Shown piece after piece: positions 10,628-20,993 of a DNA stretch of 64,000 bases. Below the pieces are notes generated by a model. It searched no databases. It was not told where the DNA came from and saw only the letters and a program-made list of their open reading frames with translations. Both the position numbers and the translations under genes were made by a program. Every line of letters begins with the position of its first letter. Positions within the stretch are counted from its first letter, which is position 1. Source of the DNA: Myxococcota bacterium. Its GTDB lineage: Bacteria; Myxococcota_A; UBA796; CAJQPC01. Where the stretch lies: positions 65,657 to 129,656 of the forward strand of contig DASCPX010000160.1 of NCBI GenBank assembly GCA_036012755.1. The letters are read 5' to 3'.

Positions 10628-12427
10628 TCAGGTGGACACCGTGCGCCGCAGCGCCTCTGCCACCTCCAGCGCGTCCTGCCCCTCCAGCGCTCGGCGCAGG
10701 TCCCTCTCGATGCGCCGCTGAGCAAAGGGCGCGGTGACCTCGTCGAGCCTCTTGGTGATGTCCTGCACGACGACGCGGTCGTCGCCGGGCATGGCCGCCG
10801 AGAGCTTCTCGATGATCCCGCGGATGCGCGGCTCTTCACCCTCGGCGAGCAGGCCGGGATCGAGGCGCAGGGCCTTCTCGACCGCCCCGATGACCTGCTC
10901 GGCCTCCACTCGAGCCTCGATGAGCAGGCGCTCGTCGACGTCGGACTCGGCGAAGTCCAGGGCCTCCTCCAGCATCTGCTCGATCTCGCTGTCTTCGAGG
11001 CCGTAGCTGGGCTGCACCTCGATCTCGGCGTGGGTCTTCGTGTACTGCTCGGTCGCCGAGACCTGCAGGATGCCGTCGGCGTCCACCGTGAACTGCACCT
11101 TCACCCGTGGCAATCCGGCGGGCATGTCCGGCAGCCCCTTGAGCTTGAACTTCGCCAGGGAGCGGTTGTCCCGAGCCATCTCGCGCTCGCCCTGCAGCAC
11201 GTGCATGTCGACGGCGTTCTGTCCGTCTACGTGGGTCGTGAAGGTCTCGCTCGCCGCACAGGGAATGGGCGTGCAGCGCCAGATGAGGCGCTCGACGACT
11301 CCACCCATCGTCTCGATGCCCAGCGACAGCGGCACGACGTCCATCAGCAGCATGTCCTCTGCCAGCTCCGAGTTTCCCGTGAGGATGTCCGCCTGCATGG
11401 CGGCGCCGAGGGCGACGACCTGGTCCGGGTCGAGCCCGCAGTAGGGGTCGCGACCGAAGAACTCGCCGACCATGCTGCGCACGAGCGGGACGCGGGTGGA
11501 CCCTCCGACGAGCACGACACCGTCGATGTCATCGGCAGAGAGCTCGGCGTCCTGGAGGGCCTGGGCGCAGCTCCTCAGCGTGCCCGCGACGAGGGGCCGG
11601 ATGAGCTCCTCGAAGCGCTCTCGCGTGATGGTGCCCCACCGATGGCCCTCGGTCAGCGCGTGCTTGGTCGCCACCGCCTCGTCCAAAGCCGCGCGCAGCT
11701 CGCCCCCGGCGAGGCCGGGACCCTTCATCTCCTCGACCAGCGCGCGGTCGAAGTCATCGCCACCGAGCTGGGTGTCACCGGCGGTGCTGAGGACCTGGAA
11801 GACACCGTCGGTGAGCTCCAGGATGGAGATGTCGAAGGTGCCACCGCCAAGATCGTAGACCGCGTAGATGCCCTGGGCCTTCTCCTGGAGTCCGTAGGCG
11901 ATGGCCGCCGCCGTGGGCTCGTTGAGCAGGCGCAGCACCTGGAGCCCGGCCAGCTTGCCGGCGTCGCGGGTGGCCTGCCGCTGGGCGTCGTCGAAGTAGG
12001 CCGGCACGGTGATGACGACACCTCCTGGCTGAGCCATCAGGCAGTCCGTCGCCTGCATCAACAGCAGCCGCAGCACCCATGCGCTGGCCTCGATCGAGGT
12101 CATCATGCGCTCGTCGCCGACGTCGAAGCGGGCGACCTTGTCGCTCCCCTCTGCCAGGCTGTATGGCAGGCCGCTGATGACCTCGCGAGCGTCATCCATC
12201 GAGCGACCCATGAAGCGCTTGAAGGAGGTGAGCAGCGCTCGGGGGTGCTGCGCGGCGTCGACGAGCGCCTCGTGGCCGACGAGCGGGGCATCAGCGCCCG
12301 GGACGTGGCGCACGGCGCTGGGGGTGAGCGGGCGTCCCTCGTCGTCGAGGAGGACCCGCGCGCGGCCGCCGAGGACGACCGCCACCAGCGAGTTGGTTGT
12401 GCCGAGATCGATGCCGATGTTGGCCAT
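10628..12427 (-). CDS. hscA: Fe-S assembly chaperone HscA (Hsp70 family)
   Basis: [25 protein letters not shown] and [22 protein letters not shown]; downstream of hscB in the isc operon. Confidence 0.92.
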   Translation of the reverse strand: MANIGIDLGTTNSLVAVVLGGRARVLLDDEGRPLTPSAVRHVPGADAPLVGHEALVDAAQHPRALLTSFKRFMGRSMDDAREVISGLPYSLAEGSDKVARFDVGDERMMTSIEASAWVLRLLLMQATDCLMAQPGGVVITVPAYFDDAQRQATRDAGKLAGLQVLRLLNEPTAAAIAYGLQEKAQGIYAVYDLGGGTFDISILELTDGVFQVLSTAGDTQLGGDDFDRALVEEMKGPGLAGGELRAALDEAVATKHALTEGHRWGTITRERFEELIRPLVAGTLRSCAQALQDAELSADDIDGVVLVGGSTRVPLVRSMVGEFFGRDPYCGLDPDQVVALGAAMQADILTGNSELAEDMLLMDVVPLSLGIETMGGVVERLIWRCTPIPCAASETFTTHVDGQNAVDMHVLQGEREMARDNRSLAKFKLKGLPDMPAGLPRVKVQFTVDADGILQVSATEQYTKTHAEIEVQPSYGLEDSEIEQMLEEALDFAESDVDERLLIEARVEAEQVIGAVEKALRLDPGLLAEGEEPRIRGIIEKLSAAMPGDDRVVVQDITKRLDEVTAPFAQRRIERDLRRALEGQDALEVAEALRRTVST

Positions 12428-12428
12428 G

Positions 12429-12971
12429 TCAGTCCTTCACGAGGTTCGAGACGTACTTGAGTCGAGCGAGGCACTCCGGGACCGCCGAGAGATCTGCCTC
12501 GCCACGCTCCCAGGCCGCGAAGTAGCCAGCGATCTCCTGGCCGATCGCGGCGTCGAGCGCGGCTCCGCCGGCCTTCTTGTCCTCTGGGGAAGCCATCGAC
12601 AGCTCGAAGATCTGCTCCAGGAACTCCGGGCTCACCGCCGGGGGGTTCTTCTCCGGCTGCCGAGACTCGCCGGTGGAGAGGTACCAGGCCCTGGCGACCG
12701 GGTCGCGGAGGACCCGTCGGGCCTCGTTCAACGAGGCGGTCCACTGGAGCGCGAGGCGCCGCTGGAGCGCACTCTCACCCGCGAAGCGGTCGGGATGGGT
12801 CACCCGGCTCCTGGCGCGCCAGGCGGCGTCGATGGCCTTGCGCTGCAGCGAGTAGGCGCGCTGCAGACCCAGGATCTCGAAGTGGTCGGGGCGGGGCGGC
12901 GGTGGCTGGAGCGCCCCGCAGCTCACACAGAGGGGACCGCCCACAGTCTCGTTGCACTTCCAACAGCTCAC
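12429..12971 (-). CDS. hscB: Fe-S assembly co-chaperone HscB with an N-terminal tetracysteine motif
   Basis: J-domain HPDRF; LNEARRVLRDPVARAWY; N-terminal CWKC...CVSC. Confidence 0.9.
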   Translation of the reverse strand: MSCWKCNETVGGPLCVSCGALQPPPPRPDHFEILGLQRAYSLQRKAIDAAWRARSRVTHPDRFAGESALQRRLALQWTASLNEARRVLRDPVARAWYLSTGESRQPEKNPPAVSPEFLEQIFELSMASPEDKKAGGAALDAAIGQEIAGYFAAWERGEADLSAVPECLARLKYVSNLVKD

Positions 12972-12978
12972 GGCGTCC

Positions 12979-13308
12979 CTACAGGGTGAACGACTCCCCG
13001 CAGCTGCAGGAGGTCCCGGCGAGGGGGTTGTTGAAGACGAAGCCAGTCCGCATCAGGGTCTTCTCGAAGTCGATCTCGGTGCCGTTGAGGAAGAGGTATG
13101 ACTTGCGGTCCACGGCCACGGTGACGCCGCCGTTGAAGGTGAAGACCTTGTCGCGCTCCTCTGGCGCCTCGACGATGTCCAGGAAGTAGGACAAGCCCGA
13201 GCACCCGCCACCGCGCACACCTACCCGCAAGACGTGGTCCGGGGTCTGGCGCATCTTCTTCAGCTTCTCGAAGCGGGTGATGGCAGCAGCGGTGATGTTC
13301 ACGGCCAT
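12979..13308 (-). CDS. iscA: A-type Fe-S carrier IscA
   Basis: GGGCSGLSY and NP...CSCGESF. Confidence 0.95.
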   Translation of the reverse strand: MAVNITAAAITRFEKLKKMRQTPDHVLRVGVRGGGCSGLSYFLDIVEAPEERDKVFTFNGGVTVAVDRKSYLFLNGTEIDFEKTLMRTGFVFNNPLAGTSCSCGESFTL

Positions 13309-13311
13309 GGT

Positions 13312-13716
13312 TCAGGAGTCCTCTCCGGCGAGCTTGGCGAGCTGCTTCTTCTTGTAGTCGGCGAGCGCCGCCTTGATGGCGTCCTCGGCCAGCACGGAGC
13401 AGTGGATCTTGACCGGGGGCAGGGAGAGCTCCTCCGCGATGGCGCCGTTGTCCAGCTGCTCGGCGAACTCGACGCTCTTGCCCTTGACCATCTCTGTCAC
13501 CAGCGAGGAGCTGGCGATGGCCGAGCCGCAGCCGAAGGTCTTGAACCTGGCGTCCTCGATGATGCCGTCCTCGTTGATCTGAAGCTGCAGCTTCATGACG
13601 TCACCGCAGGCGGGAGCACCCACCAGCCCGGTCCCGACCTCGTCGGAGGCGTTGTCGAGCGCGCCCATGTTGCGGGGGTTCTCGAAGTGATCGATCAGCT
13701 TGTCGCTGTAGGCCAT
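13312..13716 (-). CDS. iscU: Fe-S scaffold IscU
   Basis: MAYSDK...NPRN, GAPACGDVM, FKTFGCGSA, LPPVKIHC. Confidence 0.97.
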   Translation of the reverse strand: MAYSDKLIDHFENPRNMGALDNASDEVGTGLVGAPACGDVMKLQLQINEDGIIEDARFKTFGCGSAIASSSLVTEMVKGKSVEFAEQLDNGAIAEELSLPPVKIHCSVLAEDAIKAALADYKKKQLAKLAGEDS

Positions 13717-13728
13717 CTCGGCAATCTC

Positions 13729-14952
13729 CTAGTGGGCCGCCCACTCGATGCTCTTCAGATCGATGCCCGCCTGGACCATCTCCCACAGCGGGCTCATCGC
13801 TCGGAGCTTCTGGATGTTGTCGGTGACGCGCTCGATGACGAAGTCGACCTCTTCTTCTGTGTTGAAGCGACCGAGTCCGAAGCGGATGGAGGTGTGGGCG
13901 AGCTCGTCGTCGACGCCCATGGCCCGCAGCACGTAGCTGGGCTCCAGGCTCGCGGAGGTGCAGGCCGAGCCGCTCGAGACCGCGATGTCCTTGATGCCCA
14001 TCATCATGGCCTCACCCTCCACGCAGGCGAAGCTGACGTTCAGGTTGTTGGGCAGGCGGTGGTCCCAGGAGCCGTTGAGGTAGATCTCGGTGAGCCCCTG
14101 CTGCAGGCCCGCCCAGAGGCGGTCGCGGAGCCCTCGGACCCGCTCGATGTGGCCGGCGTCGAGGTCTTCCTTCGACAGCGCCGCGGCGGCCCCCAGGCCG
14201 ACGATCTGGTGGACGGCGAGGGTCCCACTCCGCATTCCCCGCTCGTGGCCACCGCCATGGATGATGGCCTCGAGCCTGATCCGCGGGCGACCGCGACGGA
14301 CGTAGAGGGCACCGATGCCCTTGGGCCCGTACATCTTGTGGGCGGAGATGCTGACGAGGTCGACGTTCATCTCCTTGACGTCGAAGGGCAGCTTGCCGAG
14401 CCCCTGGACCGCGTCACAGTGGAAGATGACCTTGTTCTGCCGGCAGATGGCGCCGATCTCGGCGACGGGCTGGATGACGCCGATCTCGTTGTTCGCCAGC
14501 ATCACCGAGGCGAGGATGGTGTCCGGGCGGATCGCTGCCTCGAACTCCTGGAGATCGACGCGTCCGTCCGCGCCGACACCCAGCCAGGTGACCTCGAAGC
14601 CCTCCTTCTCCAGCTGGCGACAGGAGTCCAGCACGGCCTTGTGCTCGGTGACGACGGTGATGACGTGCTTGCCCTTCTTCTGGTTGAAGCGGGCACCGCC
14701 GATGATGGCGAGGTTGTCGCTCTCGGTCGCCCCAGAGGTGAAGACGATCTCCTTCGGAGAGGCACCGATGAGCTCGCCGACCTGCTCCCGAGCTCGGTGC
14801 ACGGCCTCCATCGCTGTCCAGCCGAAGACGTGCGTGCGGCTGGCGGCGTTTCCGAAGACCGTCGTCAGGTACGGCATCATCGCCTCGAGCACCCGCGGGT
14901 CGACCGGAGTCGTGGCGTTGTTGTCCATGTAGATGGGTGTCTGGACAGGCAT
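13729..14952 (-). CDS. iscS: Cysteine desulfurase IscS
   Basis: [28 protein letters not shown] and [11 protein letters not shown] at 14952. Confidence 0.97.
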   Translation of the reverse strand: MPVQTPIYMDNNATTPVDPRVLEAMMPYLTTVFGNAASRTHVFGWTAMEAVHRAREQVGELIGASPKEIVFTSGATESDNLAIIGGARFNQKKGKHVITVVTEHKAVLDSCRQLEKEGFEVTWLGVGADGRVDLQEFEAAIRPDTILASVMLANNEIGVIQPVAEIGAICRQNKVIFHCDAVQGLGKLPFDVKEMNVDLVSISAHKMYGPKGIGALYVRRGRPRIRLEAIIHGGGHERGMRSGTLAVHQIVGLGAAAALSKEDLDAGHIERVRGLRDRLWAGLQQGLTEIYLNGSWDHRLPNNLNVSFACVEGEAMMMGIKDIAVSSGSACTSASLEPSYVLRAMGVDDELAHTSIRFGLGRFNTEEEVDFVIERVTDNIQKLRAMSPLWEMVQAGIDLKSIEWAAH

Positions 14953-14956
14953 TGGT

Positions 14957-15418
14957 TCAGCTCGTGTGGACGGCCGCCACCATGTCGGGGGCGTCACGGC
15001 CGTCGGCGTTGCAGACGGTGCAGGCCTGGCGCGGGGTGAGCGGGTCACACACGCGGCAGCCCTCCAGGTACTCGATGGATGCGGCGAGGTCGCCCCGGAA
15101 GGCCTGGAGGCGAGCCAGCCGGGTCTCGGTCTCGGCCAGCTTCTCTCGGTAGAAGTTCGCCAGGCGCGCCATGGCATCAGGGCCGCGGGCCTGCTCGTTG
15201 AGGTGGGCGAGGAAGTCCTGGATCTCGTTCAGCGAGAAGCCGATCTCCTGGAGACGCTCGATCCACCGGATCCGGAGCAGGGCGTCATCCGAGTACAGCC
15301 GGAAGCCGCCGGGGGTGCGACCGACCGGACGCAACAGCCCCAGCTCCTCGTAGAAGTGGAGGGCGCGAGCGGTCTTTCCGCTGAGCTTCGCGAGCTGTCC
15401 GATCCGAAGTGTCGCCAT
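14957..15418 (-). CDS. MerR-family transcriptional regulator with a C-terminal CxxC-x8-CxxC motif; first gene of the isc operon
   Basis: [11 protein letters not shown]...[11 protein letters not shown]...GGFRLY HTH; GFSLNEI; coiled coil; [16 protein letters not shown]. Confidence 0.9.
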   Translation of the reverse strand: MATLRIGQLAKLSGKTARALHFYEELGLLRPVGRTPGGFRLYSDDALLRIRWIERLQEIGFSLNEIQDFLAHLNEQARGPDAMARLANFYREKLAETETRLARLQAFRGDLAASIEYLEGCRVCDPLTPRQACTVCNADGRDAPDMVAAVHTS

Positions 15419-15428
15419 CGAGAGTGCC

Positions 15429-15498
15429 AACTCTTACGTACACGTCAGGTTTAGCCTTGGAGAGCCTCCAAGTCAAACCCTCACGTGCGCGTCAGGTT
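15429..15498 (-). promoter_or_regulatory. isc operon promoter/operator region
   Basis: Minus-strand TTGACT (15471-15476) followed by TAAACCT; perfect CTTGGAG-N3-CTCCAAG palindrome (15456-15472); two 23-bp repeats at 15429-15451 and 15476-15498, 19/23 identical. Confidence 0.7.
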
Positions 15499-15585
15499 CC
15501 CCCCAGTGGGTCACGACGCAGTGACTCTTGCAGCGACAGCCGTCTAATCGCTCCCGAGGCGTGGCGCTCCCCTCGCCTCGCGGGA

Positions 15586-17427
15586 TCACAGTGTCCTGAG
15601 CCACATGTCGAGCGCGATCAGGGTCCACAAGCGGGGACCGTGGTCACGTTCACCAGCGGCGTGCTCACGGGCCAGCTTGCGGATCGCGTCGACCCGGAAG
15701 ATGCCGAGGGGGTCGTCGCAGACCGACTCGACGTGCTCCCAGAGGAAGGCCTCTCCGGCGCCGCGCAGCCAGCGGTTCATCGGGGCCGGCATCGAGCGCT
15801 TGGGCCTCCAGACGAGCTCCGCGCCCAACTCCTGCTCCATCGCCTGCGCCAAGGGCCAGCGGCCGTGCCAGCGACCGAAGCGTCGCTTGATCTTGCAGCG
15901 GCCGGGCACGGCCGCCGCCCAGGTGACCACGTCCCGATCGAGCAGCGGATGGCGGACCTCTACGCCCTGCGCCATCGAGCAGCGGTCGGTCCTCAGCAGG
16001 GTGTCCTCGGACAGCCACCCCCGCTGGTAGACGTGCAGCACCTGGTTGATGGGGTCGGCGTCGACCTCGTTGTAGAAGGGCTCGAGCAACATCCGCCGGA
16101 TCCCCGGACGCACGTGGGCGGGGTCGCGGAGGATGTCCATGCGCCCGTCGACGTCGAAGACGTTCGACCCACCGACCTCTCGGACGAGGCCGAAGTGTTC
16201 AGGATCCTCCAGCGCCTGACCGCGGCCAACCGGGGCCAGGGCGCGCTCCAGCAGTCCACGGGCCGGGCGCGGGAGCTTGGCGCCGATCCGCGCCGCGCGC
16301 ATCTCACGCACTAGCGCGGCGACCGCGGGACCCCCGAGCACCTCGTCCACCCCGTCCCCGGAGATCAGGATGCGCAGCCCGAGCTCCCGAGCGTGGGCAG
16401 CCGCGAGGTACTGGACGACCGCGCCCGCAGAGGGCATCGGCTGGCCAAGGACGTCTACGACCTTCGGCACGGCCGCGACGAAGTCCTCTTGCGAGATCCG
16501 CAGGGTCTGGTGCTCGCAGTCGAAAATGCGCGCGATGCGGCCGGCGAAGGAGGCCTCGTCGGGGCCGCCATCAGCGAAGGACACGTTCAGGCTGCGGATG
16601 GGACGACGTCGGCTCCAGAGCCGCGCGATGGACGATGAGGAGATCCCGCCAGAGAGCAGCAGGCCGACTGACTTGTCAGCGACGCAACGACGCTCGATCG
16701 AGCGGTCGAGCAGCACCTCGAGGCGAGCCTGGATCGCCTCCTCCGGCTCCGGCTCGGCGCCAGGAGGCGAAGACTCGGGCAACCACCAGCGATGCAGGCG
16801 CACGCCCGTTCCGTCGACCCGAGCGATGTGGCCCGCCGGAAGGAGCTGGATGTCCCGCAGCAGGGTCCGCGGCGCATGGACGTAGCGGAAGCTGAGGTAC
16901 TCGGCGAGCTCCTCGACCGCGATGTCCCGAGAGACCCAGGGCAGCAGCAAGAGGGCCCGAACGTCGGAGGCGAATGCGAAGCGCCGCTGTCTCCAGACGA
17001 AGTAGAGCGGCTTCACCCCGGCGGGGTCCCGAGCCAGGTGGAGCACCCGGTCTCGACGGTCCCAGACGGCCAGGGCGAAGTCGCCGTTGAGCCGCGCGAC
17101 CGTGTCCGAACCCCAGGTCTGCCAGCCCCGAAGCACCGCGTCCGCGTCACCGCCGGTGCGCGGTGGCTGACCCTCGAGCTGTCGTCTCAGACCGTCGAGG
17201 TCATAGATGCGGCCGTCCAGCACCAGGGTGTAGGGGTTCGCGGCGATCGGCTGCCGGCGCCCGGCCTCCGTGAGCGCCATGCGGCGCTGGACCAGGATCG
17301 CCGGCCCCTCGGCCCAGGTCCCCGAGTCGTCCGGGCCGCGATGGGCGACCGCATCTGACATCAGTCCGGCGAGGTCCCGGGAAGGAGCGGTACCTCTGAA
17401 GTCGACGATGCCGGCGATGCCTCCCAC
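15586..17427 (-). CDS. Asparagine synthetase B-like amidotransferase with degenerate catalytic motifs
   Basis: GTG start (M)GGIAGIV; HRGPD, LARDPAGVKPLY, SGGISS, SGDGVDE, DRCSMAQGVEVRHPLLD. Confidence 0.85.
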   Translation of the reverse strand: MGGIAGIVDFRGTAPSRDLAGLMSDAVAHRGPDDSGTWAEGPAILVQRRMALTEAGRRQPIAANPYTLVLDGRIYDLDGLRRQLEGQPPRTGGDADAVLRGWQTWGSDTVARLNGDFALAVWDRRDRVLHLARDPAGVKPLYFVWRQRRFAFASDVRALLLLPWVSRDIAVEELAEYLSFRYVHAPRTLLRDIQLLPAGHIARVDGTGVRLHRWWLPESSPPGAEPEPEEAIQARLEVLLDRSIERRCVADKSVGLLLSGGISSSSIARLWSRRRPIRSLNVSFADGGPDEASFAGRIARIFDCEHQTLRISQEDFVAAVPKVVDVLGQPMPSAGAVVQYLAAAHARELGLRILISGDGVDEVLGGPAVAALVREMRAARIGAKLPRPARGLLERALAPVGRGQALEDPEHFGLVREVGGSNVFDVDGRMDILRDPAHVRPGIRRMLLEPFYNEVDADPINQVLHVYQRGWLSEDTLLRTDRCSMAQGVEVRHPLLDRDVVTWAAAVPGRCKIKRRFGRWHGRWPLAQAMEQELGAELVWRPKRSMPAPMNRWLRGAGEAFLWEHVESVCDDPLGIFRVDAIRKLAREHAAGERDHGPRLWTLIALDMWLRTL

Positions 17428-17461
17428 GGGCCGCCCTCTAACACCGGGATAGACTCGTGCC

Positions 17462-18775
17462 GTGGGCCTCCTGGCGCTGATTCTGGGCTGTTCGTGCGCG
17501 GAGGACCGCGACCCCGATGTCGTCTTCGTGCTGGTCGACACCCTGCGAGCCGACGCCCTGTCCTTCGCAGGCGCTCCCCTGCCCACCTCACCTCACCTCG
17601 ACGCCCTCGTGGAGAGCGAGGCCGCCTGGTACACCCGTGCCTACAGCGCCTCCAGCTGGACGCTGGCCTCGACGGCCACGCTGATCACGGGCCAACGGCC
17701 ATTCAGCCACGGCGTCGTGCGCGCCGCGGACAACGACCGCTGCTATGGCCGGCTGCAAGAACACCTGCCGACCCTGGGCAGCGTCTGGCGAACCCGTGGC
17801 TACAGAACGGGCGCCTGGATCAACAACGGCTTCCTCGCCCCCGAGTTCGGCTTCGCCCGGAGCTTCGACGTCTACGACTACGAGGGCGCCGAACTCCTCG
17901 GTCACAGGACCGCCGCCCAGACCGTAGACGCAGCGCTGGAGTGGCTCGACGCCGGCGAGGGCCCGGCCTTCATGATGGTCCACCTGATGGAGCCCCACGT
18001 CGACTACGACCCGGGACCCCCATTCGCGGGGACCTTCACCTCGACAATGCCGGCGAGCATCTCGATCCCCCTCGGCTCGGCCCTGCACGGGGGCTGGATG
18101 GCCAGGGTCATCCCGCCTCCAGACGACGACGACCGCGCCTTCGTCCGGGCCGCCTACCAGGAGGAGGTCCTCGCGGTCGACCAGGCGGTCCACACCTTGA
18201 TCGAGGGCCTGAAGAGCCGGGATCGGTGGGACGACGCCTTTTTCGTGCTCACCAGCGACCATGGCGAGGAGTTCTGGGAGCACGGCGGCTTCGAGCACGG
18301 CCACACGATGCGCTCGGAGGTGACCAGGGTGCCGCTCATCGTGAAGGCCCCGACCCTGGAGCCGGGCAAGCGTGACCAGCTGGTGGACGCCGTCAGCGTC
18401 TCTCGGGCCCTGGCCGCCGGACACCCCGGACCGCTGGTGACAGGTGACGCCTTCGCGCTGTCCGAGGACATCCTCTACGGCCCCCAGATGGCGAGCATCG
18501 TGACCCCCACCCATCGCCTGGAGGTCGCGCTGCAGACGAACGAGGTGACCCTCTGGGAGCTCGATCCCTCCGGCTGGGAGCCCGAGCGGTGGATGCAGGA
18601 CTCGCCAGAGGTCCGCCAGGTGGCCGGAGAGCTGCGGGACCAGCTCCGCAGCACCCGCGGTGGACTGGCGGCCGCGCAACCCGTGAACCCCACCGGCATC
18701 GATCGCGAGGTCTTCCAGATGCTGCGCGAGCTCGGCTACATCGACGGCGGCGCCGTGGCGAATCCGTGTGAGTGA
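17462..18775 (+). CDS. Sulfatase-like hydrolase (alkaline phosphatase superfamily), probable lipoprotein
   Basis: VLVDTLRAD, SWTLAS, HLMEPH, TSDHGEEF, HGH, RVPLIV, LRELGY. Confidence 0.85.
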   Translation: MGLLALILGCSCAEDRDPDVVFVLVDTLRADALSFAGAPLPTSPHLDALVESEAAWYTRAYSASSWTLASTATLITGQRPFSHGVVRAADNDRCYGRLQEHLPTLGSVWRTRGYRTGAWINNGFLAPEFGFARSFDVYDYEGAELLGHRTAAQTVDAALEWLDAGEGPAFMMVHLMEPHVDYDPGPPFAGTFTSTMPASISIPLGSALHGGWMARVIPPPDDDDRAFVRAAYQEEVLAVDQAVHTLIEGLKSRDRWDDAFFVLTSDHGEEFWEHGGFEHGHTMRSEVTRVPLIVKAPTLEPGKRDQLVDAVSVSRALAAGHPGPLVTGDAFALSEDILYGPQMASIVTPTHRLEVALQTNEVTLWELDPSGWEPERWMQDSPEVRQVAGELRDQLRSTRGGLAAAQPVNPTGIDREVFQMLRELGYIDGGAVANPCE

Positions 18776-20993
18776 GGTCTCGCTGGGGGCCTTCATCCTG
18801 GAGGACCCGATCGGCGCAGGCGGGATGGGCGAGGTCTGGCGCGGGCGCCACGGCGAGGTCGAGGCCGTCGCGGCCCTCGATCATCCCGGGGTCGTCCTCG
18901 TCTTCGATCACGGCGAGGTCGACGCGCTCCAGTCCGCCGCCTCGGGGGGCACGCTGCAGGTCGGCGAGCCCTACCTCGTGACCGAGTTCGCCAGCGGGGG
19001 GAGCCTCGACCGCAGGCGGCGACCTCGAGACTGGGCCGAGCTCCGAGCGCTGCTCCTCGCGCTGCTGGACGCTCTCGGGCACGCCCACGCCCACCGCGTC
19101 ATCCACCTCGACCTGAAGCCCGGGAACCTCCTGCACTGCACCCGGGCCGACTTCCGGCCGGGCCTGAAGCTGACCGACTTCGGACTCGCCCAGGCCCTCG
19201 ACGAGCTCCATCGACAACCTCATCGCAAGCCGGCGGGCACCCCCCAGTACATGGCTCCGGAGCAGTTCTCACGCGATGCCTCGCGAATCGGACCCTGGAC
19301 CGATCTGTACGCGGTCGGCTGCATCGCCTGGGAGCTGGCCTGCGGCAGGCGGGTCTTCCCGGAGGGTGGACTCACCGACCTGATGCGCTCCCACGTCCAC
19401 GCCCGGCCACCGGCCTTCACCCCGACCTTCTCCGTACCCGCGGACCTGGAGGCGTGGGTGCTCAAGACCCTCGAGAAGGCCTCTGAGAAGCGCTTCCCGT
19501 ACGCAGCCGACGCCGCCTGGACGCTGATGGGGCTCGGCGATCCCGTGGACCTCGACCGCAGCACAATGGACCTGGGTCTCTCCGAGGCCTCGACCTTCTG
19601 CTTCCAGACCCTCGCCCCGCTGACCGCCGAGCTGAACGTCCCCGAGCCGGTCAGCGACGAGGCAGAGAGCCGCAGCTGGGGTCATCCGCCCATGCCGCGA
19701 GACTGGCGGGCGCCGCTGGTGACGGTTCGGCGCACTGGAGAGGCCAGCGCCCTGGTGCTGTACGGGCCTCCGGGTGTCGGCAAGACCCGCGTGGCGAACT
19801 GGCTCGGGCTGCGGACCTCCGAGCTCGGCTCGGCCCGCTTCTACGAGGCACGCTACGCCCAGGCCGAGGCAGGCATCTCCGGGCTCCTGGGCCGGGAGTT
19901 CGGCCAGGAGCGCGGGCAACCCCGAGTACGCCATCCAGCTCGTAGGCGACTGGCTCGGCCGCGGCCTGCTCCGGGCGACACCGACTGGCTTCGCCCTCTC
20001 CAAGGGCGCCGACCTGCGACTGCCAGCCAACCTCCGAGAGGTCTGGTCCGAGCGGCTGGAGCCGCTGTTGGCGGTCCTCGACGAGGACGAGATCGAGGGC
20101 CTCGACGACGAGCGCCTGGGCCTCTTCCGGCTCGAGGCCGGCCGTATCGGCGCGGCGGTGGATCCGCTCATCGCTGCAGCGAAGCGGGCGTGCATGGACG
20201 AGGACTACGGCCGCAGCATGCTCCTCGTCGAGACCGGGGAGCGGGCGCTGGACCAGCTCGGGCTGCCACCCGGTGACATCCGGCGCTTCCACATGAAGCG
20301 GCGAAGGCTGGTCTGCGTGACCAACGCCTGGGAGTTCGACAAGGTGCTGGGCCAGGCCGAGTCCCTGCTCATGGAGGCCCGGCGACACGGCTGGCCCACC
20401 TTCGACGTGCAGGCCATCCTGGCGACGAACCTGGCGATCCAGGGGGAGCACGCAGCGGCCAAGGCCTACATCCTCGAGGCCCTCGACCAGGAGACCGACC
20501 CCGGCCAGCGGGCGCAGCTGCTGTCCATCCGCACTACGCAGAGGCCATCCGGATCTGCAGGCAAAAGAGCCAGACCTCGATGTTCGTCTCGATGAACAAC
20601 CTGGCGCTGGTGCACCTGCTCCGCGGCGACGTCGAAGCCGCGCACGAGCTGCTCGGCGAGATCGTGCTGGAGGCGCCGAAGCTCTACGCGATCTACCCGG
20701 AGATCTACACCCGGGGGCTCCTGCTGGAGGTAGCGGCAGAGTTGGGCGACCTGGCGCTCTGGGACCAGTCTGTGCACGGCCTCAAGCCGCGCTTCGAAGC
20801 ACAGCCCTTCTACGACAACGACTTCGCCGAGTCCTTCCAGCGTGCCGGGCGCCGCATCAGCGACCTGGCGCCCCGACGAGCCCGCTACGCGCTGGAGATG
20901 GCCGCAGCCCAGTTCCGCACCCTCGGTCGCGACGAGGACGCCGACGAGACCGAGCTACTCCTCCGCCTGCTGCCGAGCGACTCGACGTCCTAG
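18768..20993 (+). pseudogene. Degraded Ser/Thr kinase - P-loop ATPase - TPR-like signalling gene in three frames
   Basis: GAGGMGEV, HLDLKPGN, DFG and YMAPE present but the VAxK/alphaC segment is missing; GPPGVGKT; frame changes near 19910 and 20560-20595. Confidence 0.7.

Noticed and set aside
11600..11740. Shortened lobe IIB region of HscA as a lesion
   Set aside because: The change is in frame, HscA proteins are naturally short here, and all core motifs are intact.
15586..17427. AsnB-like gene as a lasso peptide cyclase
   Set aside because: No precursor peptide, RRE or B2 protease genes are adjacent. It is kept only as a degenerate AsnB finding.
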